Assembly: GCA_043785305.1 (NCBI GenBank) | Contig: JAYVXI010000234.1 | Location: forward strand, 8,008-72,007 | DNA from: Limnoglobus sp. | GTDB taxonomy: Bacteria > Planctomycetota > Planctomycetia > Gemmatales > Gemmataceae | Length of the DNA stretch: 64,000 bases | Direction of reading: 5' to 3' | Shown: positions 36,860 to 47,004 of the stretch, piece after piece | Position numbering within the stretch: position 1 is the stretch's first letter | Layout of the letters: each line of letters starts with the position of its first letter | The notes under the pieces: model-generated | The model's input: only the letters and a program-made list of their open reading frames with translations | Told to the model about the DNA's origin: nothing | Database searches by the model: none | Position numbers and translations under genes: made by a program

Positions 36860-38383
36860 TTGAAAGCCGTTCGCAGACAGCTTGCGGTACGCGGCCACCC
36901 ACTCGGGGCGCGGCACAATCTGTCCGCGGAAGCGGACCATGCACGCGACGGCGTCGGCGGCGGTGAACGGGTTGACATCGCCTGCGTTTCGGCGTGCGAA
37001 ACTCTCGTAGCCCGCCAACGCACAGACGGCTGCGCCGAGTGCGGAGCCTTCGTCCGATACGAGGCGTTCCAGCGGTTTGTCGAGGACACTCGCCAGAATT
37101 TCGAGCATCAAATCGTTCTTCGCGATACCGCCCGACACGGTGATGCGTGTGATCTTCTGCCCTGCCGCTTCGTGCTCCTTTACGGCTAACGCGATGAGAT
37201 ACGCGAGCGCCTCGAACGAGGCCCGCACGCGCACGCCTTCGTCGCTCGGCTCGTTCGGCGACCAACCGAATCGCGGTTTTTCGATGCCGATCGACGGTTC
37301 CGAAAGCACGAACGGCGACACCGTGATGCCGTTGCAGCCTGGCGGAACCGCACGTGCGGCAGCTTCGAGCTTCGTCCAGTCGGGGTTCGTGCCGACGACG
37401 CGGTTGAGAAACTGTGCCCCGTTGCTGTAGCAACGCATCCAGAGGTACGTCCCCCAGTTGAGCTTCATCGCGTCGAGGTTCCCCGATTGCGGGGGCGTGG
37501 CGGCAGAGGAGTTCACGACTGCGGAGTTGCCGAGAATGATCGCCACCTGCCCCGCATCGACAGCCCCGCCGCCGATCAACCCGGCGGCCTGATCGTCGAG
37601 CGTCGGGAACAGCAACGGGTTCGTCGATTCATTCAGGCCCGCATCGAGTTTGATGTGTGCGGCGAGCGGGCCGAGCGGATCGTTCATGTCCTGAATTCGC
37701 GGCAGCGAAGCCCAGACGATTTCGCGGTAAGCGGGGTTCTGGATTGCGTCGAGCATCTCCGGTTGCCATTGCTCGGTGGCAAGATTCATCATGCCGGTCG
37801 ATGCCGCCGATGACACACTCGTGACATCGAAGCGATCCGTGAGGTAACCGCCCGCAAGTGGGCCGTGCGGCAGCATTTTCGCGATCCGCTTCCAGTCGGT
37901 TTCGCTGAGTGTCTGTTCATCTTTCACGAGGTGGCTCAACGAATAGCGCACCGCCCACGGCCCGCCGATCAGCGACTTGACGCGATCCTGACCGCCCAAG
38001 CGTGCCAACCCCTCGGCGTGATATTGGCCGAGCGTTTGGTCGTTCCAGCAGATCATCCGGCGCACCTGATTCGCATCGCCGTCGATCAGCCCCGCGGTGT
38101 GGTGCGTTGCCGAAATGCCGCCCGCCACCCAGCGTGCCGTAATCTGCCCGCTGCTATCGCGCAGACACCGGGCAATGGCGCGAACGCTGGCGCGAGCCTG
38201 TCCTTCGAGCTGCATAATATTCAGTTCACGAACGCCCTCTTCGCCCCAAAGGTCGGTCGGCAATCGAATCTCGGCTGCGACTTCGCCCGTTCGCGTGAAC
38301 AGCAAACACTTCACTGCGCCCGTGCTGAAGTCCCACCCCGCAATGAGGTCGTTTTCCGAAACGTAGTACGGAGTTTGTGCCAT
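36848..38383 (-). CDS. FGGY-family carbohydrate kinase (xylulokinase-like)
   Basis: 511 aa. N-terminal AGWDFSTGAVKCLLF, C-terminal ITVSGGIAKNDLMLEILASVL. 12-nt convergent overlap with the previous gene. Confidence 0.78.
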   Translation of the reverse strand: MAQTPYYVSENDLIAGWDFSTGAVKCLLFTRTGEVAAEIRLPTDLWGEEGVRELNIMQLEGQARASVRAIARCLRDSSGQITARWVAGGISATHHTAGLIDGDANQVRRMICWNDQTLGQYHAEGLARLGGQDRVKSLIGGPWAVRYSLSHLVKDEQTLSETDWKRIAKMLPHGPLAGGYLTDRFDVTSVSSAASTGMMNLATEQWQPEMLDAIQNPAYREIVWASLPRIQDMNDPLGPLAAHIKLDAGLNESTNPLLFPTLDDQAAGLIGGGAVDAGQVAIILGNSAVVNSSAATPPQSGNLDAMKLNWGTYLWMRCYSNGAQFLNRVVGTNPDWTKLEAAARAVPPGCNGITVSPFVLSEPSIGIEKPRFGWSPNEPSDEGVRVRASFEALAYLIALAVKEHEAAGQKITRITVSGGIAKNDLMLEILASVLDKPLERLVSDEGSALGAAVCALAGYESFARRNAGDVNPFTAADAVACMVRFRGQIVPRPEWVAAYRKLSANGFQLAK

Positions 38384-38735
38384 GGGAGCGGCCTTATTCG
38401 GGGTGTCGCGTGCGTCGGAAAGTTACTCGATGAGTTACGTTTCGCACCGGCGATTCGCAAGGGCGATGCGTTCCAGAGGTCGATTCTGCACGATCGCGAT
38501 AGCGGGTCTGTAGTGTAAGACTGAGCGGAAGTTGCAGTCGTGGATATCCGAGCAGATGCAGCGGGTTGTAGCCAGTTACAAGATTCTCGGCACGCGCGTT
38601 AACCCGGCTCGTAGCCGATGCCTCACCTCGAGTTAACCCGGATTCGCAATCGACGAAGGAACCTTTTCTCGCTCGATTCGCGGTTGCCGGGTACAATGCT
38701 CACGTCCTGGTTGCTGCACTCTGAGGGCGATTCTC

Positions 38736-39959
38736 ATGCCGATTTCGTGCCGATTAATGATGGTCACCATTGGTCTAATCCTCGCACAATTCGTTCCCGC
38801 GCCTACGGCTGTCGCTCAAGAAGCGGACGGCTCGAAAATTTACAAGAAAGTCGTGCCGTCGGTCGTCTGGATTCACTCGAATCGGCCACGCGGCTACGCA
38901 ACGGGAACGGGCACGCTGATCGATCTCGAACGCAAACTGGTGCTCACGAATTATCACGTCGTCGAAGAGGAATCGACCGCGAAATTGTACTTCCCCACGA
39001 TTACCAACGGACAACCGAAAGCCGAGAAGAAATACTACAAGGACCGCATGAGTAGCCTAGCAATCAGCGGGCGGATTGTGGCGAAAGACAAGCGGGCGGA
39101 CCTCGCGCTGATTCAACTCGATCGAGTGCCCGAAGGCATCGTTGCGGTGCCGGTTTCGCTGACGAGTGCGGAACCGGGGCAGGCAGTACATTCGATCGGT
39201 AACACGGGCAAATCGGATGCACTTTGGGGGTACTTACAAGGCAAGGTTCGCACGGTGGCGGACAAGAAATGGAAGGCGCAACTCGAGCCGGGCCGCGTAC
39301 TCGAATTTCATGCGAAAGTGGTCGAAACCGACTCGGCGACGAACCCCGGCGACAGTGGCGGGCCGCTCGTGAACGAGAAGGGCGAACTCGTTGGCGTCAC
39401 GCAAGGCGGGGCGCTCGATGCCCAGCTACTCAGTACGTTTATCGATGTTTCCGAAGTGCGTCGACTGATGAATAGCGACGACGTGAAACGGATTCGCGGT
39501 GGCTCGAAAGTGACCGCAACGGTCACGAAGCGAACGACCGCCACAACGCTCAGCGATGCCGCGAAGATGTTCAAGGAAGAGACCGCGAAGGCGGCACAGA
39601 CCGACGTCGACGAGTTCTTCAAAACGCAGAAACTCGACGTCCTCGTCGAGACGTTCGCAGCGGTGCCGATGAAGGACGTGGAGAAGGTCAAGGCGATGAA
39701 ATCCACAGAGCGAATCGCGTATATGAAGGAGTGGTCGAAGTCGCGCATGACGAGCGAGAAAGCGAGCGGCTTCGGCATACTCATCTGCAACGATCCGAAA
39801 TCGCTTTACGTCGATCTCACTGAGGATGCGAAAGCGCGTTTCCCCGATGATTTTGCGATCAAAGTTCGCGATAAACTGATCGAGGGTTTGAAGAAAGACA
39901 AGCGCGACGAATCGCTCACCGAAGTCTTGAAAATGATCCGCGACAACATCAAGAAGTAG
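38736..39959 (+). CDS. Secreted trypsin-like (S1 family) serine protease with a C-terminal extension
   Basis: Signal peptide. Catalytic triad context TNYHVV, DLALIQL, NPGDSGGPLVN. About 150 aa of K/E-rich C-terminal domain of unknown fold. Confidence 0.82.
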   Translation: MPISCRLMMVTIGLILAQFVPAPTAVAQEADGSKIYKKVVPSVVWIHSNRPRGYATGTGTLIDLERKLVLTNYHVVEEESTAKLYFPTITNGQPKAEKKYYKDRMSSLAISGRIVAKDKRADLALIQLDRVPEGIVAVPVSLTSAEPGQAVHSIGNTGKSDALWGYLQGKVRTVADKKWKAQLEPGRVLEFHAKVVETDSATNPGDSGGPLVNEKGELVGVTQGGALDAQLLSTFIDVSEVRRLMNSDDVKRIRGGSKVTATVTKRTTATTLSDAAKMFKEETAKAAQTDVDEFFKTQKLDVLVETFAAVPMKDVEKVKAMKSTERIAYMKEWSKSRMTSEKASGFGILICNDPKSLYVDLTEDAKARFPDDFAIKVRDKLIEGLKKDKRDESLTEVLKMIRDNIKK

Positions 39960-39964
39960 ATTTT

Positions 39965-40327
39965 ATGCACGGTTTTTTGCTCAGCGACGATCTCATTTTC
40001 AGTAGCCGAATCACCGGCACCGCTCGCGCACACGGTGGCACGCTCACCGTGTTTCGCGATGCCGAGAAAATGTTCGATAATTCCAGCGGGAACCCGTTGG
40101 CGATCATTCTCGATTTGCACAACGCCACACTCGATTTGCCCGTATTTCTGGCGAAACTGCGCGAGGGGGTTTTGCCGATTCCGAAGGTCATCGCGTACGG
40201 TTCGCACGCTGATGCCGAGCGGCTTCGCGCGGCCCGCACCGCCGGTTGCGATCTGGTGCTGCCCCGTAGCGCATTCGTCGATCGACTCGAAACGGATCTG
40301 CCGAATTGGCTGACGAGCCGAATGTAG
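39965..40327 (+). CDS. Single-domain CheY-like receiver protein (possibly degenerate)
   Basis: LLSDD acidic pocket, AIILDLH candidate phospho-acceptor. The usual conserved Lys-Pro is not obvious. 120 aa. Confidence 0.5.
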   Translation: MHGFLLSDDLIFSSRITGTARAHGGTLTVFRDAEKMFDNSSGNPLAIILDLHNATLDLPVFLAKLREGVLPIPKVIAYGSHADAERLRAARTAGCDLVLPRSAFVDRLETDLPNWLTSRM

Positions 40328-40373
40328 AGCACGCGGCTCGCGTGCTGAAAAATTAGCACGCGAGCCGCGTGCG
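40328..40373. terminator. 18-bp perfect hairpin between convergent genes
   Basis: gcacgcggctcgcgtgct (40329-40346) pairs with agcacgcgagccgcgtgc (40355-40372); loop gaaaaatt. Same core as 11297-11339. Confidence 0.6.
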
Positions 40374-40380
40374 CTACAAA

Positions 40381-40731
40381 TCATCGCGATTTGTACCGTG
40401 CGCGTTTCATGTAGCCTTCGCGGATGAGTGCCCGCAGACCGGCGATGTGGCGGCAGCTATTCCGGAACAGAAACCCCATGCATTCGCAGGTGCAATCGGT
40501 CGGTTTGCCGACGCGAACGTGATAAAGATTACCGAGGCCGAGACGGTGGACTTCGAAGCCGCGGCCGCCGATTTCGCAGCGAATTTCCCGGAACGTGTAG
40601 TTCTGCGAGACGTTGCCGACTTGAATGCGGAACACCCCGACGCCACGCTCGTCGCGCTCGCGGATCAGTCGGATCGAACGGGGATTCGCCATCGGGTTCG
40701 CCACACTTTGGACTGTTTCCGTGCCACGCAT
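40381..40731 (-). CDS. SWIM zinc-finger protein (116 aa)
   Basis: [16 protein letters not shown] matches the SWIM pattern CxCx(n)CxH. Confidence 0.65.
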   Translation of the reverse strand: MRGTETVQSVANPMANPRSIRLIRERDERGVGVFRIQVGNVSQNYTFREIRCEIGGRGFEVHRLGLGNLYHVRVGKPTDCTCECMGFLFRNSCRHIAGLRALIREGYMKRARYKSR

Positions 40732-40781
40732 TCATTAGAATTCTAGCGAAACACGCACCGCAATCTGGAATGAGTTTTCCC

Positions 40782-41636
40782 ATGCGTTTCACGAAGATGC
40801 ACGGCCTCGGCAACGACTACGTTTACGTCGATGGTTTCGCCGAAGCGCCGATCGCAGACCCCGGCGCGGTCAGCATTGCGGTCAGCGACCGGCACTTCGG
40901 CATCGGTTCCGATGGCCTGATTCTGATTGTGCCTTCGGACCAAGCCGACGCGCGGATGCGGATGTTTAACGCCGATGGTTCGGAATCCGAAATGTGCGGG
41001 AACGGCCTGCGTTGCGTGGCGAAATATGTCTACGACCACGGCATTTGCAAGAAGCCGCAACTGCGGCTCGAAACGGGGCGGGGCGTCCTTACGGTGGACC
41101 TCGAAACTGAGGGCGGCAAAGTTCGCCGCGTGCGGGTGAACATGGGCGCGCCGATCCTCGAAGCGGTGAAGATACCGACGACGCTACCCGGCGATCCGCC
41201 GGTGAATGCGGCACTCGTTGCGGGCGACAAAACCTTCGAGACCACATGCGTGTCGATGGGCAACCCACACGTGGTGATGTTCGTAGGCGAGGAATATTTC
41301 ACGCAAACGGGCCGCGATCTCGTGGCGATTTACGGGCCGCTCATCGAGAACGCGAGTGCGTTTCCGAGGCGGATTAACGCCCACTTCGTGAAGGTGCATT
41401 CTAAAAACGAAGCGACGATGCGGACGTGGGAACGCGGTAGCGGAATCACGCTGGCATGCGGCACGGGGGCGTGTGCGGTCTGCGTGGCGGGCGTGCTAAC
41501 GGGGCATACGGATCGCAAATTGCTCGCGCACTTGCCCGGTGGCGATCTCGAATTGGAGTGGTCTGCGGCGGACAATTCGGTGTATATGACTGGTCCCGCC
41601 ACGGAAGTGTTTAGCGGCGAATGGCACGGAGGCTGA
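40782..41636 (+). CDS. dapF: Diaminopimelate epimerase
   Basis: [41 protein letters not shown]. An in-frame ATG at 40770 is also possible. Confidence 0.9.
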   Translation: MRFTKMHGLGNDYVYVDGFAEAPIADPGAVSIAVSDRHFGIGSDGLILIVPSDQADARMRMFNADGSESEMCGNGLRCVAKYVYDHGICKKPQLRLETGRGVLTVDLETEGGKVRRVRVNMGAPILEAVKIPTTLPGDPPVNAALVAGDKTFETTCVSMGNPHVVMFVGEEYFTQTGRDLVAIYGPLIENASAFPRRINAHFVKVHSKNEATMRTWERGSGITLACGTGACAVCVAGVLTGHTDRKLLAHLPGGDLELEWSAADNSVYMTGPATEVFSGEWHGG

Positions 41637-41637
41637 C

Positions 41638-42351
41638 ATGAAAATCCGAAACCCGAAGCTCATCCGCAGTGCGGCGTGGCTCGGCGCGAACGCCGCCGTC
41701 GGCCTGTTTCGCACGCTGCGATTCCAGCATCAACCGCTCGGCCCGGAGATGATTCTCAACCGCGTCTCGCACCTGGACCGCTTCCTGTATTCGATCTGGC
41801 ACGAAAATTTAATGTTGCCGACGATCGCGTACGGCGGGCCAGATATCGCCGTGCTGATTAGCGCGCACGCCGACGGGCAACTTCTCGGCGGGTTGATTCA
41901 GCGGATGGGAATGGGCATGGTTCTCGGCTCGACGACGCGCGGCGGGGCCGACGCCGTGCGGCAACTCGTACGGCCCGATACACCGTGGCGGAACGTGGCA
42001 ATCACACCCGACGGCCCACGCGGTCCACGGCGAATCGTTCAACATGGCGTCATCTACGTCGCATCGCGAACCGGCATGAAAATCGTTCCGATCGGCGTCG
42101 GGTACAACCGCCCGTGGCGATTCAAAAGCTGGGACCGTTTCGCGGTGCCGAAGCCTTGCTCGCGTGCCAAGTGCGTCACGGGGGAACCGATACTCGTTCC
42201 ACCAAAACTGCGTGCGGAACAACTCGAACCGTACCGCTTGATCGTGCAAGCCGAGATGGACCGCCTGAGCGGGATCGCCGAAAACTGGGCGATCACGAAC
42301 CGCTTGGTCGTGTCGGCCCACGAGCCATTTCCGCTTCGGCTCGCATCGTGA
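41638..42351 (+). CDS. DUF374-type lysophospholipid acyltransferase-family protein
   Basis: SIWHENLMLP, ISAHADGQLLG, AITPDGPRGP. Starts 1 nt after the dapF stop. Confidence 0.7.
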   Translation: MKIRNPKLIRSAAWLGANAAVGLFRTLRFQHQPLGPEMILNRVSHLDRFLYSIWHENLMLPTIAYGGPDIAVLISAHADGQLLGGLIQRMGMGMVLGSTTRGGADAVRQLVRPDTPWRNVAITPDGPRGPRRIVQHGVIYVASRTGMKIVPIGVGYNRPWRFKSWDRFAVPKPCSRAKCVTGEPILVPPKLRAEQLEPYRLIVQAEMDRLSGIAENWAITNRLVVSAHEPFPLRLAS

Positions 42352-43967
42352 ACGCACTTTCCTCACCACCGCGTTGGTGGCAACCTTTCGTGCTGCTTTT
42401 CGCTTGGATCTTCGCGATTGCGTGTGCAGGGCAGCGATTGCACCGCGGCTGGACGGGGTTCGACAACCAAGAAAGTACGCCGCAAGATCGGTGGCGCGAC
42501 GATGGCAATTCGGGTCATGCCGAGATCGATTTCGGCGCGCAATGGGTGATGGGCCGAATGATCGCCACGGGGAACGGCAAGCACCTTTACGACCGCACGC
42601 ACCTTTGGCCCGTGGTCGAAGCGGGATTCCCGCCAGCGGGTGAATCGCCGTGGGTGCGTCGCGAATCGTTCCCGCGCGACCCGAAAATCATCGCGTTTTC
42701 CGACGGCGACCCGCGTCACGATGCGAGTTGGATCATGAGTTGGATTATCGGGGCCGACTCCCCCGCATGGCCAGATGTGAGCGGCGCGGTGGCGCTACCG
42801 TTCGCGAACCCGGCGAACCCGTTCGCGACGGCGGCACTGGTACTGACAGCGAATCGTCAGTTGACGCCCGAACTCGTAGAAGCGGTGAATCGGAAGGCGC
42901 TGGGCGGGCCACTGTACCCGCCCGTTCATGGCTTCTTTTACTATCCGCTCGGTCGAATCGACGACGCGCAAACGGCGTTCCACGTGCTGCAAATCCTCGG
43001 CTTTCTCTGCCCGTTTGCCATCGGCTACTGCGTGCGAAACCTGACGGGGGGCCGCGTCTGGTGGCCGATCGCGACGGCGATCGTTTGCCTGTATCCCGGC
43101 TACCGGGGCACGATGGAACTCGGGCAGAACGCGCAGTTCACGCTGCTCGTTCTCGTGTGGGGCTGGTGCCTCGCGACAAAGGGTCACGAACTCGGGGCGG
43201 GCGCGGTGTGGGGATTGCTCGCGTTTAAGCCCGTGTGGGCCGTGGCGTTTCTGTTGATGCCAATCGTTTTGCGTCGATGGCGGATGCTGTTCGGCATGGT
43301 GGCGGGTGGCGGCGGCCTCGTGTTGTTGACGCTGCCGTTCGTGGGAATCGACGCGTACTTCGACTGGCTGGCGGTCGGTGGCGATGCGGCCGAGAAGTAC
43401 AAAGTGAACCAAAACTGGGTCTTCCTCAGCCGCGATTTGTTCGGCATTCCGCGACGGATTTTGCTCGATTTTTCTCTGCCCGATGCGGAGCGCGACCGCG
43501 TCGATGCCGAACGCTACGGCTGGTTACTCTGGGCGTTCGTCTTCGTGGGCACGGGAATGATCTGCACGATTCGTAGGGATCGTCGGAGTTTCACCGCCGG
43601 TTTCGCGATGCTCGGTGCATTCCTTTGCAGTTACCGATTCATGTATTACGACGTGCTGCTCTCCGCGCTCGGCGTGGGCTGGATCGTCTATTGCCACGAC
43701 TGGCGACGACACCGGATTTCGTTCCCGACGGTCGTGCTTTGCATTCTCATCATCAACGAGAATCTCTGGGCACAAAGAAACTATGTGATCGTCGGCACCA
43801 ACTGGAACACGGGCATTCGCTACCCGATCGACACACTGATGGTGCTCGCACTCTGGTTGTGGATGGCGGCGCGACTGCTCCTACCTCACGCCACGCCGCG
43901 AAGTGCGTCGAGTGCTGCGCCGATGTCCGGCGAGCGCATCAGCGATTCGCCGACGAGCACGGCATGA
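42348..43967 (+). CDS. Polytopic membrane protein, GT-C-type glycosyltransferase-like (DUF2029/GT87-like)
   Basis: GTG start overlaps the upstream TGA (GTGA at 42348-42351). More than 10 hydrophobic segments. GGPLYPPVHGFFYYPLG loop motif. Family call is from memory. Confidence 0.55.
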   Translation: MNALSSPPRWWQPFVLLFAWIFAIACAGQRLHRGWTGFDNQESTPQDRWRDDGNSGHAEIDFGAQWVMGRMIATGNGKHLYDRTHLWPVVEAGFPPAGESPWVRRESFPRDPKIIAFSDGDPRHDASWIMSWIIGADSPAWPDVSGAVALPFANPANPFATAALVLTANRQLTPELVEAVNRKALGGPLYPPVHGFFYYPLGRIDDAQTAFHVLQILGFLCPFAIGYCVRNLTGGRVWWPIATAIVCLYPGYRGTMELGQNAQFTLLVLVWGWCLATKGHELGAGAVWGLLAFKPVWAVAFLLMPIVLRRWRMLFGMVAGGGGLVLLTLPFVGIDAYFDWLAVGGDAAEKYKVNQNWVFLSRDLFGIPRRILLDFSLPDAERDRVDAERYGWLLWAFVFVGTGMICTIRRDRRSFTAGFAMLGAFLCSYRFMYYDVLLSALGVGWIVYCHDWRRHRISFPTVVLCILIINENLWAQRNYVIVGTNWNTGIRYPIDTLMVLALWLWMAARLLLPHATPRSASSAAPMSGERISDSPTSTA

Positions 43968-44671
43968 ACGCCTGCCGCGGCAAGGAGTTTCATGTCGTCG
44001 CGGTTGCGGATTCCGCTTTCGGAAACGAGCGTGACCGATGGCGGAACGTGCTTCATTAAATCCAGCGTGTGACTTAACCGCGTGTGAAACGAACGCAGGT
44101 CGCGGTTATTAATCCCGACGAGTTGGGCACCCGAATCGAGCACGCGGTTCAGTTCCTCGGCATCGTGGAGTTCGACCAAAACATGCAAGCCGAGCGCCGT
44201 TGCTTCATCGTGCAATTCGCGAATGCGCGGGCCGGGCAGGATCTCCGCGATCAACAACACGGCATCGGCACCGGCGGCGCGGGCTTCGAGTAGCTGGTAG
44301 CGATCGAGGATGAATTCCTTCCGCAGTGCGGGTATGCGAATCGCCGCGCGGGCTTGTGTGAGATACGACAGATGGCCTTGGAAATAGGCTTCATCGGTGA
44401 GGACGCTCACGCAGGCCGCACCGTGGGCTTCGTAAATTTTGGCGATGGCCACCGCATCGAAGTCGTCGCGAATGATGCCGGCCGATGGCGAGGCTTTTTT
44501 TACTTCCGCGATGATGCGAACTTCGCCGGGCATACGAAGTGCCGCTGCAAAATCGCGAACCGGCGGCAAATCGGCCACCCGTCGTTCGAGTTCGATCGCC
44601 AGTGTTTGGCTTCGCGACGCAGCGATTTCTTTCCACTTTGTTTCCACAATCGCATCGAGGATCGTCGCCAT
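43886..44671 (-). CDS. trpC: Indole-3-glycerol phosphate synthase
   Basis: IIAEVKKASPS, SVLTD, VLLI, GINNRDL. Confidence 0.92.
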   Translation of the reverse strand: MATILDAIVETKWKEIAASRSQTLAIELERRVADLPPVRDFAAALRMPGEVRIIAEVKKASPSAGIIRDDFDAVAIAKIYEAHGAACVSVLTDEAYFQGHLSYLTQARAAIRIPALRKEFILDRYQLLEARAAGADAVLLIAEILPGPRIRELHDEATALGLHVLVELHDAEELNRVLDSGAQLVGINNRDLRSFHTRLSHTLDLMKHVPPSVTLVSESGIRNRDDMKLLAAAGVHAVLVGESLMRSPDIGAALDALRGVA

Positions 44672-44760
44672 ACCACTCGCCTTTCGCGGTTATCGACTGA
44701 AGCGACACTATCTTAGCTGAGTGCCGACTGGCGACTACCTGCACCCGAGCGACGGTGGAC

Positions 44761-45816
44761 ATGTTACGCGAAATTCTCGAACTCCTGACTTCCGCCGGTC
44801 TGGTCGCACTGGTTGCCGTGCCAGTCGGTTTACTCGCACTTTTCCTGTCTCGCCAATTCGCGTTTCCGTTTCTGCCCGCGTGGCGGCATCGTTGGTGTCA
44901 ATGGCGTGTCATCGACGTGTTATTGCTGTTCGGAATGTACGTGATGTTGCCCACGCTCGCGGGTGATCTACTCGAACGTGTCGGCATCTATCGCGCCGTG
45001 TTCGGCGACGATCCGCTGCTCGACCCGACCTCGGTGGGCGCGATTGTCGGTGGGCCGGGGACATCGCTTGCGGAGGCGTGGAGGTACGACCGGATCGCAC
45101 GCCGCACGACGTTAGCAGGTGCCGTCGCGATGCCGTTCTTCGCCATCGGGTTCTTGCTGCTTCGGCGGCTCGGCAACACCGAACGCGCAGCACCTCCGCG
45201 TCGAATCCCCGCCGACATTGCTGTCGGTGTATGCGTCTGGCTCGCTGTCACCCCACTGACATTCCTCGTGCATTTTCTCGCGAATCTCATCGCCAAAGAG
45301 TACGGCTACGAACCGGACGCACACCCGCTGAAGTTCGCGAAATTGCAAACGCCGTTGCAAATCGGTCTGCTTTTCCTGGGGGCGTGCGTCGTTGCGCCGT
45401 TTTACGAAGAGATGATTTTTCGCCGCGCCTTGCTGCCGTGGGCATCGGGGCGGATCGCACGATCGTGGGGCTTGATGGCCGTCGCCGCACTCGTCGCATG
45501 GGCAAGAATGAACGATCGCTCGATGTTCCCCGCACCGCTCGCGTTCGTGCTCATTGCCACGATACTTATGGCGATCATCGCAAATTTACGCCGGATTAGG
45601 CCGCGGTTCCTCACTCGCCCCGCGTGTGCCATCGTCTCCACGGCCACGCTGTTTGCCGCGATGCACTCGGCCGTCTGGCCGACACCCATCCCGCTCTTCG
45701 TCCTCGGCCTCGGCCTCGGCTGGGTCGTGTCACGCACGCGCACCGTTACGGCCGCCGTCGTCGTTCACAGTTTGTTCAACGCAATTTCCGCACTGTCGCT
45801 GTTACGCAGCGCGTAA
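44761..45816 (+). CDS. CPBP-family intramembrane glutamic endopeptidase (CAAX protease-like)
   Basis: APFYEEMIFRRALLPW, FAAMHS, HSLFNA. An in-frame GTG at 44755 is possible. Confidence 0.78.
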   Translation: MLREILELLTSAGLVALVAVPVGLLALFLSRQFAFPFLPAWRHRWCQWRVIDVLLLFGMYVMLPTLAGDLLERVGIYRAVFGDDPLLDPTSVGAIVGGPGTSLAEAWRYDRIARRTTLAGAVAMPFFAIGFLLLRRLGNTERAAPPRRIPADIAVGVCVWLAVTPLTFLVHFLANLIAKEYGYEPDAHPLKFAKLQTPLQIGLLFLGACVVAPFYEEMIFRRALLPWASGRIARSWGLMAVAALVAWARMNDRSMFPAPLAFVLIATILMAIIANLRRIRPRFLTRPACAIVSTATLFAAMHSAVWPTPIPLFVLGLGLGWVVSRTRTVTAAVVVHSLFNAISALSLLRSA

Positions 45817-47004
45817 GAATTGCGGCATATGTTGCGGCTTGCCGAGTACAGCACGATAGACATCGTGCGTCTTCGTCGCCGCGGTTTCCCATGTGTATTT
45901 CGCAGCGTGGGCAGTACGTGCGGCTGACGAGTGCATCGTACTTTCGGGGTTCGTCGCGAGAGTTCGCATCGTGTCTCGCCACCCGGAAACATCGTGGGGA
46001 TCGAGGTAAGTGCCGAACGTGCCGACTACTTCTCGCACGGCCATTGCCGAGGTCGAACAGACGACGCGACCGCCGCAAGCCAGCATCTCGATCGGTGGCA
46101 ACCCGAACCCTTCGTAGTGCGACGGGTAGAGCAAAGCCGACGCTCCGGCGTAGACAGCAGGTAGGTCCGCATGGGCAACATAGCCGATGTGCATCGCGCC
46201 GAGATGGCGGGCCGTCGTCTCGTAGAAATCGCGTTCTTTGCTGGATTTCCAGCCCCACGGGCCAGCCAACACGAGCGGGCAACGCTCGCGAACCGTTGCC
46301 GGGAGGTCGGCAAATGCCTTCAGCACGACCATCAGATTTTTGCGTGGCTCGATCGTACCGACGCACAAAAAGTAATTGGCAGGCAAGCCGAGCCGCCGCC
46401 GCGTGGCAGCGATTTTCGCCGTCGATTGCGGGTGATATTCGCCGCCAATGCCGTTGTGAATCGCGGTCACTTTGCGAGGGTGCAACCCGATAATTTCGAT
46501 CATCTCGCGGCGAATTTCTTCGGAAACAACGACCACGTGGACCGCTCGCCGAATCGTTGATTCAAAGTGTCGATCGTGATGGCGGACGCGATCGATCGGG
46601 TGCCATTCGGGGTGCAATAGCACCGAGAGATCGTGAACCGTAACCACCGTTGGCAATGGCGAGGAGAGCGGGATAAAGTTCGGCTCGTGATACAAATCGT
46701 AGTCGAACGAACGGCACTGACGTGCAAAATGGATTTCAATCGCGACCTTCGCCGCATGTTTGGCTGTCGTCGAAAGTGTGGACTTCACACGCGCCGCAAT
46801 GGATCGCGTGCCGGTATCGCGCGAGGATTTCGGCGATAGCAACCGGTTCGCAAACGTGGCGACTTGGCCGAGCGTTTCGCCGGGGTAAAGCGAGAAAGAA
46901 TCGCCGCGTGCGTTTGCTGCAAGTTGTTCGTGAAGGCGTGCCACATAGTGGCCGACACCCGTTCGCGTTTTGAGCGCCGCAAGGCCGTTGATTACCACAC
47001 GCAT
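45802..47004 (-). CDS. Glycosyltransferase family 4 (GT-B)
   Basis: MRVVINGLAALKTRTGVGHY; C-terminal YPSHYEGFGLPPIEMLACG. Start overlaps the upstream gene by 13 nt. Confidence 0.85.
   Translation of the reverse strand: MRVVINGLAALKTRTGVGHYVARLHEQLAANARGDSFSLYPGETLGQVATFANRLLSPKSSRDTGTRSIAARVKSTLSTTAKHAAKVAIEIHFARQCRSFDYDLYHEPNFIPLSSPLPTVVTVHDLSVLLHPEWHPIDRVRHHDRHFESTIRRAVHVVVVSEEIRREMIEIIGLHPRKVTAIHNGIGGEYHPQSTAKIAATRRRLGLPANYFLCVGTIEPRKNLMVVLKAFADLPATVRERCPLVLAGPWGWKSSKERDFYETTARHLGAMHIGYVAHADLPAVYAGASALLYPSHYEGFGLPPIEMLACGGRVVCSTSAMAVREVVGTFGTYLDPHDVSGWRDTMRTLATNPESTMHSSAARTAHAAKYTWETAATKTHDVYRAVLGKPQHMPQFLRAA

Noticed and set aside
38384-38735. 352-nt gap between the divergent kinase and protease genes, with gttaacccgg occurring twice and a 100-aa minus-strand ORF (38394-38696)
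   Set aside because: The ORF translation is low-quality with no motifs, and the 10-mer recurrence is weak. No riboswitch-like conserved core was recognised.
43886-43967. 82-nt convergent coding overlap of the GT-C gene and trpC as a possible sign of a mis-called gene
   Set aside because: Both stops are fixed by the sequence and trpC is unambiguous. The overlap only affects a low-complexity GT-C tail. It is noted under findings rather than treated as an error or a pseudogene.
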